Source of the DNA: Candidatus Gastranaerophilales bacterium
GTDB lineage: Bacteria > Cyanobacteriota > Vampirovibrionia > Gastranaerophilales > Gastranaerophilaceae
Direction of reading: 5' to 3'
DNA: 52,988 bases
Assembly (NCBI GenBank): GCA_944323325.1
Contig: CALUSF010000001.1
Span: forward strand, 1-52,988
Below, piece after piece: positions 1 to 8,933 of this stretch. A model generated the notes under the pieces. The model was given only the letters and a program-made list of their open reading frames with translations, had not been told where the DNA came from and did no database searches. Every line of letters starts with the position of its first letter. Position 1 is the stretch's first letter. Made by a program: the position numbers and the translations under genes.

Positions 1-489
1 CCTCAGGTTCAAGGCTGTATAGGGAGAGAGCTTGCTTGAAAACTTATCAACTTTATCAAGAACAAGAAATTCCTCAAGCTTTAATTTTGTAATCGCATCG
101 CCATACCACTGCCACAAACACGCCTGCATCGTTTGTTCGGGATTCTCTTTTGCAGCCTGTGAAAATCTTTTGAACATTTTTTTCTCAATTTTTTGCATAA
201 ATGGCGTATACTTTTTAAGTATTTTAACAACTTCTCCGACATTTACACATTTATCAAGTTCAGCCTCGACTTTTACAATTGTACTGCCGGAAATCATTTT
301 AACACCGTAATACGGACAGGTAAGTCCTTTTAGTTTTCTCAAAACATTCCCTGCGGAAGTATTTGAGCGAAAGTTTACCTCGTCCTTGCCGGACGTTACA
401 GTGTGATATGAAAATCTGCCGAAAGCATTCTTAGCAGAACATCCGTTTCTATAATTATACTTATCATCTGATATTGCAAAAATACGCAC
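1..489 (-). CDS. Hypothetical protein, runs off window start (not in ORF track)
   Basis: Manual translation from GTG at 489: MRIFAISDDKYNY...DEVNFRSNTSAGNVLRKLKGLTCPYYGVKM...; open to position 1. Confidence 0.75.
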   Translation of the reverse strand, partial: MRIFAISDDKYNYRNGCSAKNAFGRFSYHTVTSGKDEVNFRSNTSAGNVLRKLKGLTCPYYGVKMISGSTIVKVEAELDKCVNVGEVVKILKKYTPFMQKIEKKMFKRFSQAAKENPEQTMQACLWQWYGDAITKLKLEEFLVLDKVDKFSSKLSPYTALNLR

Positions 490-552
490 TAAAGTTTATT
501 CCCTAATTTTATAATAACAGGCAAATTTTATTTTTACAAGTTTTATAATGAT

Positions 553-1377
553 ATGGAAATTCAAAAACTCAGAAGAATATACCCTTCAATAAAGTCATAT
601 ACAAAAAATATAAAATGGCGTGCGCTTTCCGACCGCGAATTGGATAAATTTATGCAGGCAAAACAAATTACATCTAATTGCTATGACAATAGTGTCCGTT
701 ATGTTCTTCTTAATAATTCCAAAGGGCGTGAAATTTTAAAAAAATGTTTTAAAATTCAAGGCAATAAATCTTCTCTTGAACCTGCATATAAAGCCAGTTT
801 TAATATAAAAGGGCAGAAAAAAACATTCAGATGCACTATTTCGGATTATTACGGGAAATTTATGAAATATTATGCGGATTTTTACGGAGGTATAAAAAAT
901 TTTTTAAACACATATCAAACAAGGGTTACACCTGAAATAGGAATTTCGATATTAATCTCCAAAATGATAAGCAAATTCCCTAACCAGAAACCATTTTTGA
1001 GCAGATTATATGAATTCCCATATCAAAAAGTGCGCAACTACGAACATAATAAAATTTCCAATGCTTTTAGATGGTATACCGGACGAGAACCTATAAGTTA
1101 CGGTGAAAACGAAATAAGCTTGAATTTAACCAAATATTCCTCAGAAGTTAAGGATTTATTGAATGGATATAATCCGGAAAATGACTGTCTTGTTGTTATG
1201 ACAAACAACAGAAAATTTAAAGACATTGACAGCTGGCACTGTGTTCCGGTAATAAATACAGATAAAAATGCACAAACACTTACCATAATTAATAAAAGAA
1301 ACAATGAAACTCTGACATTGACTTATGATGAGTTAATAAAAAATTTTAAAGCAATAGTAGGTATAAAAAATCTATAG
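553..1377 (+). CDS. Hypothetical protein, possible papain/calpain-like cysteine peptidase
   Basis: 274 aa; MQ..ITSNCY, WHCVPV and LTIINKR in the order of a Cys-His-Asn triad. Confidence 0.45.
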   Translation: MEIQKLRRIYPSIKSYTKNIKWRALSDRELDKFMQAKQITSNCYDNSVRYVLLNNSKGREILKKCFKIQGNKSSLEPAYKASFNIKGQKKTFRCTISDYYGKFMKYYADFYGGIKNFLNTYQTRVTPEIGISILISKMISKFPNQKPFLSRLYEFPYQKVRNYEHNKISNAFRWYTGREPISYGENEISLNLTKYSSEVKDLLNGYNPENDCLVVMTNNRKFKDIDSWHCVPVINTDKNAQTLTIINKRNNETLTLTYDELIKNFKAIVGIKNL

Positions 1378-1387
1378 ATAATTTAGC

Positions 1388-2035
1388 ATGTTTAACAATT
1401 TTATGACTTCAAATATCAATTTTAAAGGGATTCTGGTCAGTAAAACAAATCTGGCAAACAACACTCTGGCTTTGTATAACCTTACACCGGATGATAAAAA
1501 CTTTATTAAATCTCTTCAAAAAAGTATAGATTTACCCAAACTTTATCCGAATCTTACATTGCATCAGTATGGAATTTGGAACAATGTTATACGTCAGGGA
1601 CTGGGCGAATACTGTAATAACGAAACATCTACAGTTTTATTAACCAGCAACAAAACACCTTGCGGAGTTTTAAATTATTCCTCCACACCCAAACAATATG
1701 AAATTAATTATATTGCCACCTGGCCGGAAGCGTATAACAAACGGGTGCCGTTTGCAGGGAAAACCCTTTTCACAGAACTATTTCACAGATTTCTATCAAC
1801 AAAAGCAAACACTGTTGAATTAACAGCTTTAAAATACTCGCCTTTTAACCCCATTGGAAAATATTTAGAACTGGGATTCAAAATGTACGGCGGGAACCAC
1901 ATCGAAGAAATAATGAGAATAGACAGAAAAACTGCCCAAAGAGCTTTTGAAAGACTCAAAGAACTAATAGCATTACAATCGGTAAAAAATAGTCCTAATG
2001 TTAACTTAGAAAAAACCCTTCGCTTAATCGGTTAA
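1388..2035 (+). CDS. GNAT-like hypothetical protein
   Basis: 215 aa; YEINYIATW..PFAGKTLF..VELTA..PIGKYLELGF follows a GNAT motif pattern; N-terminal NINFKG. Confidence 0.55.
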   Translation: MFNNFMTSNINFKGILVSKTNLANNTLALYNLTPDDKNFIKSLQKSIDLPKLYPNLTLHQYGIWNNVIRQGLGEYCNNETSTVLLTSNKTPCGVLNYSSTPKQYEINYIATWPEAYNKRVPFAGKTLFTELFHRFLSTKANTVELTALKYSPFNPIGKYLELGFKMYGGNHIEEIMRIDRKTAQRAFERLKELIALQSVKNSPNVNLEKTLRLIG

Positions 2036-2036
2036 A

Positions 2037-3599
2037 TTATTTCTTCTTTTCCGCGAGCTCGCTATCGACTCTTAAAAATACCGGCTTAATGTCTTCCTTA
2101 TTAATTAAATGGCCGGCCCTAAGAGTGTCGCAAGTTATATCGTCAAGCTTTGTCGTAATATCATAAGACAATTGTTTAGCCATTTCTCCTGCTATATTAG
2201 GGCAATACGGATAAATTAAAGAGGCTATAACGGTCATAACCTGCAGTACGTTAGTCAGAACAATACCGCATTTCTCTGTATTACCTTCCTTTGCAAGAGT
2301 CCAGGGCGCATTGTCAGTTACGTATTTATTAGTAATATCAACAAGTTCTATAATTTTTTGCGAGGCTTCTTGAACTTCAAAGTAATCAAAATGATGCTTT
2401 ACAGCTTTTACAGTTTCCAAAGCCTGGGCTGTCAGCTCATTTTTGCCGAGAAATTCCGGCTTAATATCACCGTCAAAATATTTAACAAGCATAGATAATG
2501 TACGGTTCAGCAGGTTTCCCATAGAATTTGCCAGATGTGCATTAACCTTTTCTTTAAAATCTTCATCCGAATAATTACCGTCCTTTCCGCAAGGTGCAGC
2601 CGATGCCATATAATATCTGAAAGGATCGGGAATACTAAGTTCAAACGCTTCCAATACACCGGTTGGCGAAATAACATTACCGAGCGACTTGGACATTTTT
2701 GCTTCATCTATGGTAATCCAGCCATGAGCCAAAATATGTTTGGGAAGCGGTAAATCTAACGCCATCAATATAGCCGGCCAATATATACTGTGGAATTTTA
2801 AAATGTCTTTACCTATAACCTGTACGTCAGCGGGCCACAACGTTCTGAATTTTTCACTTCCGTCATTAGGGTTTTCCGGGTCATACCCTATTGCTGTTAT
2901 ATAATTAGAAAGAGCATCTATCCAAACATATATAACCTGTTCCGGGTCATTTTCAACCGGCACTCCCCAGCTTACGTTCGATTTTACGCGAGAAACAGAA
3001 ATATCTTCAATATTTTCAAGCTGGTTCAAAACCTCATTTACACGAAACGAGGGAACAATAAAGTCCGGATGTGTCTTTATATGCTTAATTATTGCATCCT
3101 TGTATTTTGTAAGTTTAAAAAAGTAATTTTCCTCTTTTACAACTTCCGGCTTCTTAAGGTGATCCGGGCACAGTCCGTCCTCAGTCAAGTCTTTTTCGCT
3201 CAAAAAAGCTTCACAGCCGGAGCAGTAAAGCCCTGTATAAGAGTGTTTATAAATATCTCCTTTATCAACAAGTTTTTTAAATATTTTTTGCACTATTCTT
3301 TCGTGCTGTTCATCAGTGGTTCTTATAAACTGTGAATAATTTATATCAAGAGCCCTCCAGGCGTCCTTAAATTTTTGGGCATTCATATCACAAAATTCCT
3401 GAGGAGAAATTCCGTTTTGAGCGGAAGTTTTTTGAATCTTTATACCATGTTCATCAGTTCCTGTTAAGAAGTAGGCATTATCACACCTCTGAGAAAAATG
3501 TCTGTATATAACATCCGTAAGAATTTTCTCATAAGCGTGCCCGATATGAGGAGCACCGTTTACATAATCAATCGCCGTTGTAGTATAAAATTTTTCCAT
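2037..3599 (-). CDS. metG: Methionine--tRNA ligase (short form)
   Basis: YVNGAPHIGH, GTDEHG, YVWIDAL, KMSKS motifs. Confidence 0.98.
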   Translation of the reverse strand: MEKFYTTTAIDYVNGAPHIGHAYEKILTDVIYRHFSQRCDNAYFLTGTDEHGIKIQKTSAQNGISPQEFCDMNAQKFKDAWRALDINYSQFIRTTDEQHERIVQKIFKKLVDKGDIYKHSYTGLYCSGCEAFLSEKDLTEDGLCPDHLKKPEVVKEENYFFKLTKYKDAIIKHIKTHPDFIVPSFRVNEVLNQLENIEDISVSRVKSNVSWGVPVENDPEQVIYVWIDALSNYITAIGYDPENPNDGSEKFRTLWPADVQVIGKDILKFHSIYWPAILMALDLPLPKHILAHGWITIDEAKMSKSLGNVISPTGVLEAFELSIPDPFRYYMASAAPCGKDGNYSDEDFKEKVNAHLANSMGNLLNRTLSMLVKYFDGDIKPEFLGKNELTAQALETVKAVKHHFDYFEVQEASQKIIELVDITNKYVTDNAPWTLAKEGNTEKCGIVLTNVLQVMTVIASLIYPYCPNIAGEMAKQLSYDITTKLDDITCDTLRAGHLINKEDIKPVFLRVDSELAEKKK

Positions 3600-3684
3600 A
3601 TTCTAAACTTCCTATCCTAATGTTTACCTGAAAATTATACCATAAAAGATATCCCCGATTTTACAATATATAAACTTTTAAAAT

Positions 3685-3760
3685 TTGTCTTAACAAAACT
3701 TAACAAAAGTGATAAAAAAAGGCAATTTTTTAAAACTCATATACTTTATATATATGTAAG
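3685..3760 (+). promoter_or_regulatory. Conserved upstream element, copy 1
   Basis: 63/76 ungapped identity with 22552-22627; TTAACAAA direct repeats, AAAAAAGGCAATTTTTTAAAA, ATACTTTATATATA. Confidence 0.8.
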
Positions 3761-3784
3761 AGATAAACAAAGAGAGATAAGATT

Positions 3785-4030
3785 ATGACAGCAACTTATG
3801 ACGCAATAGAAAGAAATAAAAAACCGGCAGGAGCATTGGAAATTCCCGCAGACTTTCATTTATATTACCTTAAAAAACAGGACAGACAAATGAGATTCAA
3901 CAACGGCGGAGATCCGATTTATGCAATCTTTGATAAAATAGACAGCCGTCCGCTTTCTAAAATTACAAAAGACTTTTTCAGAGAACTTGCTGACGATTCT
4001 ATCAGATTTATTTCTACATTGGTAAAATAA
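3785..4030 (+). CDS. Small protein (81 aa) with DPIYAIFDKIDSR motif
   Basis: Lies between the conserved element and a terminator; motif shared with 22651..22854. Confidence 0.75.
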   Translation: MTATYDAIERNKKPAGALEIPADFHLYYLKKQDRQMRFNNGGDPIYAIFDKIDSRPLSKITKDFFRELADDSIRFISTLVK

Positions 4031-4031
4031 T

Positions 4032-4066
4032 AAAAAAGGCGGCAAGTAATAAGCCGCCTTTTTTTT
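4032..4066. terminator. Bidirectional intrinsic terminator
   Basis: AAAAAAGGCGGC-loop-GCCGCCTTTTTTTT between convergent genes. Confidence 0.9.
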
Positions 4067-4078
4067 GTTTTATACTTT

Positions 4079-5161
4079 TTACTTGGTTTTTTGCGGATTT
4101 GCAACTCTTATAATACCTGTATCGGCAGAACCGGCATTAACTCCGTTACAGCTTAGCAAAGTCAGTCCCGGATCCGTTTGCATAACCAATGAAGTATTTG
4201 AATTCAGCCTGCAATATGCTTGCTGATATGTATAATATGCTGGAGCTTTATACTCATAGGAAGCTCCGTTTTTTATTGTTCTTCCGACAGTACCGTCATC
4301 AATAAATGCAGCTAATAAATCCCTTCGTTCAGCCATGTTAGGCCCTGAGCCATCAGTAACAGGAGGCAGCGGAACTAAAAGCCCTTGAGTATTGTCATTT
4401 ATATATACAAAGTGTGCAGTTGCAAACCCTTCATTTGCACGGGTTTTCCTTTGCGGAACACTCATAACAAACTCAATATAGCTCGGAACGACATTGCCGT
4501 CTTCGTTTATATACGGTTGAGATGTTTCATTCTTTATTATTGCCATATATGAAATTTGTCCGCTTGTACGAATAAAAATAGACTTGCCGTTTGGATATAT
4601 CCAACCAAAACCGCCGGGTTCATCGCCACCAGTCGGTTCATCGCCACCAGTCGGTTCATCGCCAGGTTCATCGCCACCAATCGGTATGTGGATCGGAAAT
4701 AGCCGTTTAAGCTCTGCATTACCTATTAAATTAGAAATAGAGTTGGACCAATTGTTATTTGTGGGATTCCACGGTATTTGAGTTCCTCGATTAATCCAAC
4801 CATCCTCTATGTATGGCAGCTCTTGAAATGTTCTAGCTTTATATGAAATAAAAGGTATAGCAGCAGATGCATTTGCCGTCAAAAAAGATTTTGTATTTAA
4901 GCTTGCAGTCTCGTCTTTCGGTTTTAAGAGAGATTCTACATGTTCAACTATCGCCCCGTCAAAAAGCAAGCCCTGCGCTTTTGCATCCGCAAGAGCATTG
5001 TACAAAGTACTATAGCCGGTGTAGTAATATTGATTATAGGCTCTATCCATACCATGTTTCCCAATCGTTATTCCCATTGCGGAAACCACACCGATAATAG
5101 CAATGCAGAGTAGAACTTCTGCCAGCGTAAAACCTTTTTTCACTTTTTGCACTTTTTTCAT
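4079..5161 (-). CDS. Type IV pilin/pseudopilin-like protein
   Basis: KKGFTLAEVLLCIAIIGVVSAM prepilin cleavage/methylation motif. Confidence 0.85.
   Translation of the reverse strand: MKKVQKVKKGFTLAEVLLCIAIIGVVSAMGITIGKHGMDRAYNQYYYTGYSTLYNALADAKAQGLLFDGAIVEHVESLLKPKDETASLNTKSFLTANASAAIPFISYKARTFQELPYIEDGWINRGTQIPWNPTNNNWSNSISNLIGNAELKRLFPIHIPIGGDEPGDEPTGGDEPTGGDEPGGFGWIYPNGKSIFIRTSGQISYMAIIKNETSQPYINEDGNVVPSYIEFVMSVPQRKTRANEGFATAHFVYINDNTQGLLVPLPPVTDGSGPNMAERRDLLAAFIDDGTVGRTIKNGASYEYKAPAYYTYQQAYCRLNSNTSLVMQTDPGLTLLSCNGVNAGSADTGIIRVANPQKTK
4617..4684. repeat. Intragenic 18-bp tandem repeat encoding GGDEP(T)
   Basis: GGTTCATCGCCACCAGTC x2, a 12-bp partial unit, then GGTTCATCGCCACCAATC. Confidence 0.95.
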
Positions 5162-5162
5162 A

Positions 5163-6107
5163 CTATATTTGCTCCATTAATTCATCGTACGTATTTATTA
5201 TATCACATGTAGATAAAAAAGTCTCGGGTGTAATATCCAAAACGGTAGCATTTTCTTTTACCGCATAAATTTTTTTATTCCTTTTCGACATCTCAAGAAC
5301 CGGAATACCTCCGAGCGAATTGTACGGAATTACCAAAAAATCAACATCTTCCGCCGTAATTTGGCCATTTGCGGAAATATGCGGAGCTTTGTCCAATCCC
5401 AGTAAGATACATGGAAGAAATGTAGGGGTAATATATTCCGCAGCACATCTCTTATCAACAATTTCCGTACTTATTGAAATATCACTAAAAGCAGGCGCAT
5501 GAGCACAAGGAATCTTTAACTCTTTTGATATGTAATGTGAAATTATTGCTTCCACACCGCCCACAGGATCAACTCCGCAGCCGTTTGCGTAATCATCCCC
5601 CTGTTCATCAGGGAAATGACATACTATAGCAATCGCCTCCGCTCCGGCTTTTATGAGTTTTTCCGAAGCCTGTTTTAATGTTAACAAATTCCTGACATTA
5701 CCTGATGATATTCCTGATTTATCAATAAAAAACTCAACTCCTGCACATTCTTCCGTAATTTCATACCCGATAATATCTATACCGTACACTGTTTTTACGG
5801 CATTTATGGTATTTATATGCACATTTAAAACTTCTTGAGGTACAGATTTATCAAATACAACACCTATTTTATTACCGCTAGCCGGAGTAAGCGATATATT
5901 GCCTTTAAAGAATTCGTCCAGAGAATAACCTTCCACATAAAGCATATTAGTTGTTATGCCGGAAAAACACGCAGCATTAACAACATTAGGATTAACTATA
6001 AGCCGGCATTTCTCAGCAAACCGCCTTGCCCAAACACTGGCATCACCCGCAAAGCCTCCGATTGAAGCTCCAATTCCTGTTGGAACAATAAAAGCACCTG
6101 TTTTCAT
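5163..6107 (-). CDS. DUF3326 family protein
   Basis: IVPTGIGASIGGFAGDA, YVEGY, GVDPVGGVEAIISH, PCAHAP. Confidence 0.9.
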   Translation of the reverse strand: MKTGAFIVPTGIGASIGGFAGDASVWARRFAEKCRLIVNPNVVNAACFSGITTNMLYVEGYSLDEFFKGNISLTPASGNKIGVVFDKSVPQEVLNVHINTINAVKTVYGIDIIGYEITEECAGVEFFIDKSGISSGNVRNLLTLKQASEKLIKAGAEAIAIVCHFPDEQGDDYANGCGVDPVGGVEAIISHYISKELKIPCAHAPAFSDISISTEIVDKRCAAEYITPTFLPCILLGLDKAPHISANGQITAEDVDFLVIPYNSLGGIPVLEMSKRNKKIYAVKENATVLDITPETFLSTCDIINTYDELMEQI

Positions 6108-6114
6108 ATTCAGA

Positions 6115-6143
6115 ATTATATTATATTTACACTAATATTGCAA
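6115..6143 (-). promoter_or_regulatory. Sigma70-type promoter, probably leaderless start
   Basis: TTGCAA-17-TATAAT, 7 nt before ATG 6107. Confidence 0.6.
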
Positions 6144-6200
6144 AAAAATCCTGTGTAGTGTAAAATCAATTGTATAATAACTATGGTATTAAGAGAATAA

Positions 6201-7553
6201 ATGAGCCTTTCAGACATATTTATAAATATCTTTATAATTTTATTTTTACTATTTGTTAACGGTTTCTTTGTAGCAGCGGAGTTTTCTCTTGTTAAAGTCA
6301 GAAAAACCCGTTTGGAACAGCTTACCAATGACGGCAATACTAATGCCAAAAAGGCTATGAAACTTGTAAATGATGTTAACAAAATGCTTGCCGCCGCGCA
6401 GCTTGGTGTAACAATCGCCAGTATCGCACTAGGTTGGGTTGCGGAATCTACAATTGTACAGTTAATAGAACCCATTATAAGGTTCATTTCCGGAACTGCG
6501 CATATGGTAATTTCGCCCCATGCAATTGCAGTACCGATTTCGTTTATATTAGTTACATATTTCCATGTCTTATTAGGAGAACAACTTCCGAAATGTATCT
6601 CACTAAGACACCCGGAAGCGATTGCACTTGCTATATCCACACCTATGGATATGTTTATAACAATATTTAAACCCTTTGTATGGCTGCTTGAGATTTCGGG
6701 CAACAAAATTCTTAATGCATGTCATGCGAACTCGGAAGAAGCTTCGCTCGTTCACTCAACGGAAGAACTGGATATGCTTGTTGACGTAAGCTATAACGAA
6801 GGTGTGCTTAACGAAACCGAAGCTGAAATGCTTCACAATATGTTTAAATTTTCTGATTTAATGGCAAAACAGGTTATGATACCGCGCACAGATATGGTTT
6901 GCATTCCTAATGATATATCTTATGAAGAATTAAACAAAGTGGCTTTAGAAAACCAGTATACACGTTATCCCGTTTATGAAGAAAATATTGATAAAATTTT
7001 AGGTTTCATTCACGTTAAAGACCTATATTCGCTTGCAATGACAAAAGAAAATTATTCAATAGACAAGCTAATTCGCCCCCTAATGCTTGTACCGGAGACA
7101 ATGACGCTTGATAATTTGATTATTGAATTCAAAAAAATTCATTGCCAAATCGCGGTTGTTATTGATGAGTTTGGAGGAACCTCCGGATTGATTACTCTTG
7201 AAGATGTGCTGGAAGAAATTATCGGAGATGTGCAAGATGAGTTTGATGAGGATGCAGAAGCCGATATAAAAGAAATCGGAGAAAATACGTATATCGCAAA
7301 CGCTATGATGAGAATTGACGAACTCGTAAAATTCTTCGATATGAAAGAATCCCTATTTGAAGAAGACGATGTGGATACAATCGGAGGTTTAGTCGTAAAA
7401 CTTCTCGGCAGAATTGCAAATATAGGAGATTCAGTTTCGTTTAACGGACTGACATTCACCGTTACGGAAATAGACGGCGCCAGAATTACAAAACTGCAAA
7501 TCCTGCGAGAAACCTCAAAAGAAGAACCTGAAAGCGAAAACCACGACTCATAA
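6201..7553 (+). CDS. CNNM/HlyC-CorC family protein (DUF21-CBS-CorC)
   Basis: NGFFVAAEFSLV, QLGVTIAS, VMIPR, VIDEFGGTSGLITLEDVLEEIIG. Confidence 0.95.
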   Translation: MSLSDIFINIFIILFLLFVNGFFVAAEFSLVKVRKTRLEQLTNDGNTNAKKAMKLVNDVNKMLAAAQLGVTIASIALGWVAESTIVQLIEPIIRFISGTAHMVISPHAIAVPISFILVTYFHVLLGEQLPKCISLRHPEAIALAISTPMDMFITIFKPFVWLLEISGNKILNACHANSEEASLVHSTEELDMLVDVSYNEGVLNETEAEMLHNMFKFSDLMAKQVMIPRTDMVCIPNDISYEELNKVALENQYTRYPVYEENIDKILGFIHVKDLYSLAMTKENYSIDKLIRPLMLVPETMTLDNLIIEFKKIHCQIAVVIDEFGGTSGLITLEDVLEEIIGDVQDEFDEDAEADIKEIGENTYIANAMMRIDELVKFFDMKESLFEEDDVDTIGGLVVKLLGRIANIGDSVSFNGLTFTVTEIDGARITKLQILRETSKEEPESENHDS

Positions 7554-7624
7554 GGTCTAACCGCAAAACCAAAAAACACAAGCGCAATAAAAATAAAATT
7601 ATGAATAAAGTTACGCTTTATTAT

Positions 7625-8119
7625 TTAAGCTTCCACGTGTTCTTCTTCCGGAGCAGACAACTCTGCGTTTTTAAATTCTTCAGGGGCGGATACGTGAGGA
7701 ACATCTCCATTGTTATCTTCCAATGTTTCCTCTTCAGCATTATCTTCCTGCTCTTCGGAATCTTCTATGGATTCAGATTCAACACTGTCTTCTGCAGATT
7801 TTTCGGTGTTTAGAGCCGCTTCAATCTCTTCTTCATCTTTAGCCCTTATGACCGGAATTGAAAGCATCAAAGCTACCTGATCGCCTTCTTGTTCAAAATT
7901 AAGTTCCAAGAGCTCTTTATCCATCTCTACATAACGCGAAAGTAAGTCAATAAGCTCGCCGCGCATTTGCTCAAGGATTTTGGGAGTAAGGTTTGTTCTG
8001 TCCTGCATTAAAACAAGTTTTAACCTGTTCGTTGCTACAGCTTTTGAAGCATCTCCAAATTCTTCCTGCGGTCTGAAAAATCTGGCTACTGTATTATAAA
8101 TATCAGCAAGAATACTCAT
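7625..8119 (-). CDS. minE: Cell division topological specificity factor MinE with acidic tail
   Basis: SKAVATNRLKLVLMQDR; downstream of minD. Confidence 0.93.
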   Translation of the reverse strand: MSILADIYNTVARFFRPQEEFGDASKAVATNRLKLVLMQDRTNLTPKILEQMRGELIDLLSRYVEMDKELLELNFEQEGDQVALMLSIPVIRAKDEEEIEAALNTEKSAEDSVESESIEDSEEQEDNAEEETLEDNNGDVPHVSAPEEFKNAELSAPEEEHVEA

Positions 8120-8120
8120 T

Positions 8121-8933
8121 CTACACCTTCGCTTTCAGTTTAGCAAACGCATTTTTAATTTTAGCTACAAAACCTTTAGGCTCATCCAAATCAAGGAACG
8201 GAACCTCTTCGCCTAAAATTCTTAAAGCAACATTCCTGTATGCTTTTCCGGCAAGAGCATCTTCATCGTTTACTATCGGCTCCCCTTTATTAGTGGATGT
8301 TATAATTCCGGTATCTTCCGGTATTATCCCTATTAAAGGACAGGATAGTATTTCAACAACATCGTCAACGCTCATCATTTCGTTTGACTTAATCAAACTT
8401 GGACGAACTCTGTTTAATAAAAGTTTATAGCTTTTGATTTCTTCTTTTGCTTCCAGAAGTCCGATAATTCTGTCCGCATCTCTTATTGCAGACATTTCAG
8501 GTGTTGTAACGACGATAGCTTCGCTGGCTCCTGCTACAGCATTTTGGAAACCCTGCTCAATACCTGCAGGACAGTCTATAAGAACAAAGTCATTTTCGTC
8601 CTTTAAAGTATCACAAATTTCTTTTAACTGTTCCGCATTAACTGCTGTTTTATCTCTTGTCTGAGCTGCTGCCAAAAGCGACAAATTAGGATTCTTCTTA
8701 TCCTTAACAAGTGCTTGCTTAAGTTTGCACCTTTCTTCAATAACATCAACTATTGTATAAACAATTCTGTTTTCCAACCCCAGCAAAAGATCCAAATTTC
8801 GTAAACCCAAATCCGTGTCAATCAGGACTACTTTGTACCCGTTTTTTGCAAGAGCCGTGCCGATATTTGCACTTGTTGTAGTTTTTCCGACTCCGCCTTT
8901 TCCGGAGGTTATTACTATTACTCGACCGGTCAT
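8121..8933 (-). CDS. minD: Septum site-determining ATPase MinD
   Basis: TSGKGGVGKTT, GLRNLD, DCPAGIEQGF, IRDADR. Confidence 0.98.
   Translation of the reverse strand: MTGRVIVITSGKGGVGKTTTSANIGTALAKNGYKVVLIDTDLGLRNLDLLLGLENRIVYTIVDVIEERCKLKQALVKDKKNPNLSLLAAAQTRDKTAVNAEQLKEICDTLKDENDFVLIDCPAGIEQGFQNAVAGASEAIVVTTPEMSAIRDADRIIGLLEAKEEIKSYKLLLNRVRPSLIKSNEMMSVDDVVEILSCPLIGIIPEDTGIITSTNKGEPIVNDEDALAGKAYRNVALRILGEEVPFLDLDEPKGFVAKIKNAFAKLKAKV

Noticed and set aside
32-310. 92-aa plus-strand ORF
   Set aside because: Antisense shadow of the minus-strand gene starting at 489.
520-549. Third copy of the 76-bp element (GGCAA...TTTATAAT)
   Set aside because: Spacing differs by 2 nt and the TTAACA repeats are absent; compatible with an ordinary promoter.
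3685-3760. Shared element as an IS end or sigma54 promoter
   Set aside because: No terminal inverted partner, transposase or target duplication; no GG-N10-GC spacing.
4617-4684. Direct repeats as a CRISPR array
   Set aside because: Head-to-tail with no spacers, in frame inside a CDS; no cas genes.
6116-6706. 196-aa minus ORF and the many similar short antisense or nested ORFs in the track
   Set aside because: They overlap well-supported genes and show no motifs or RBS.
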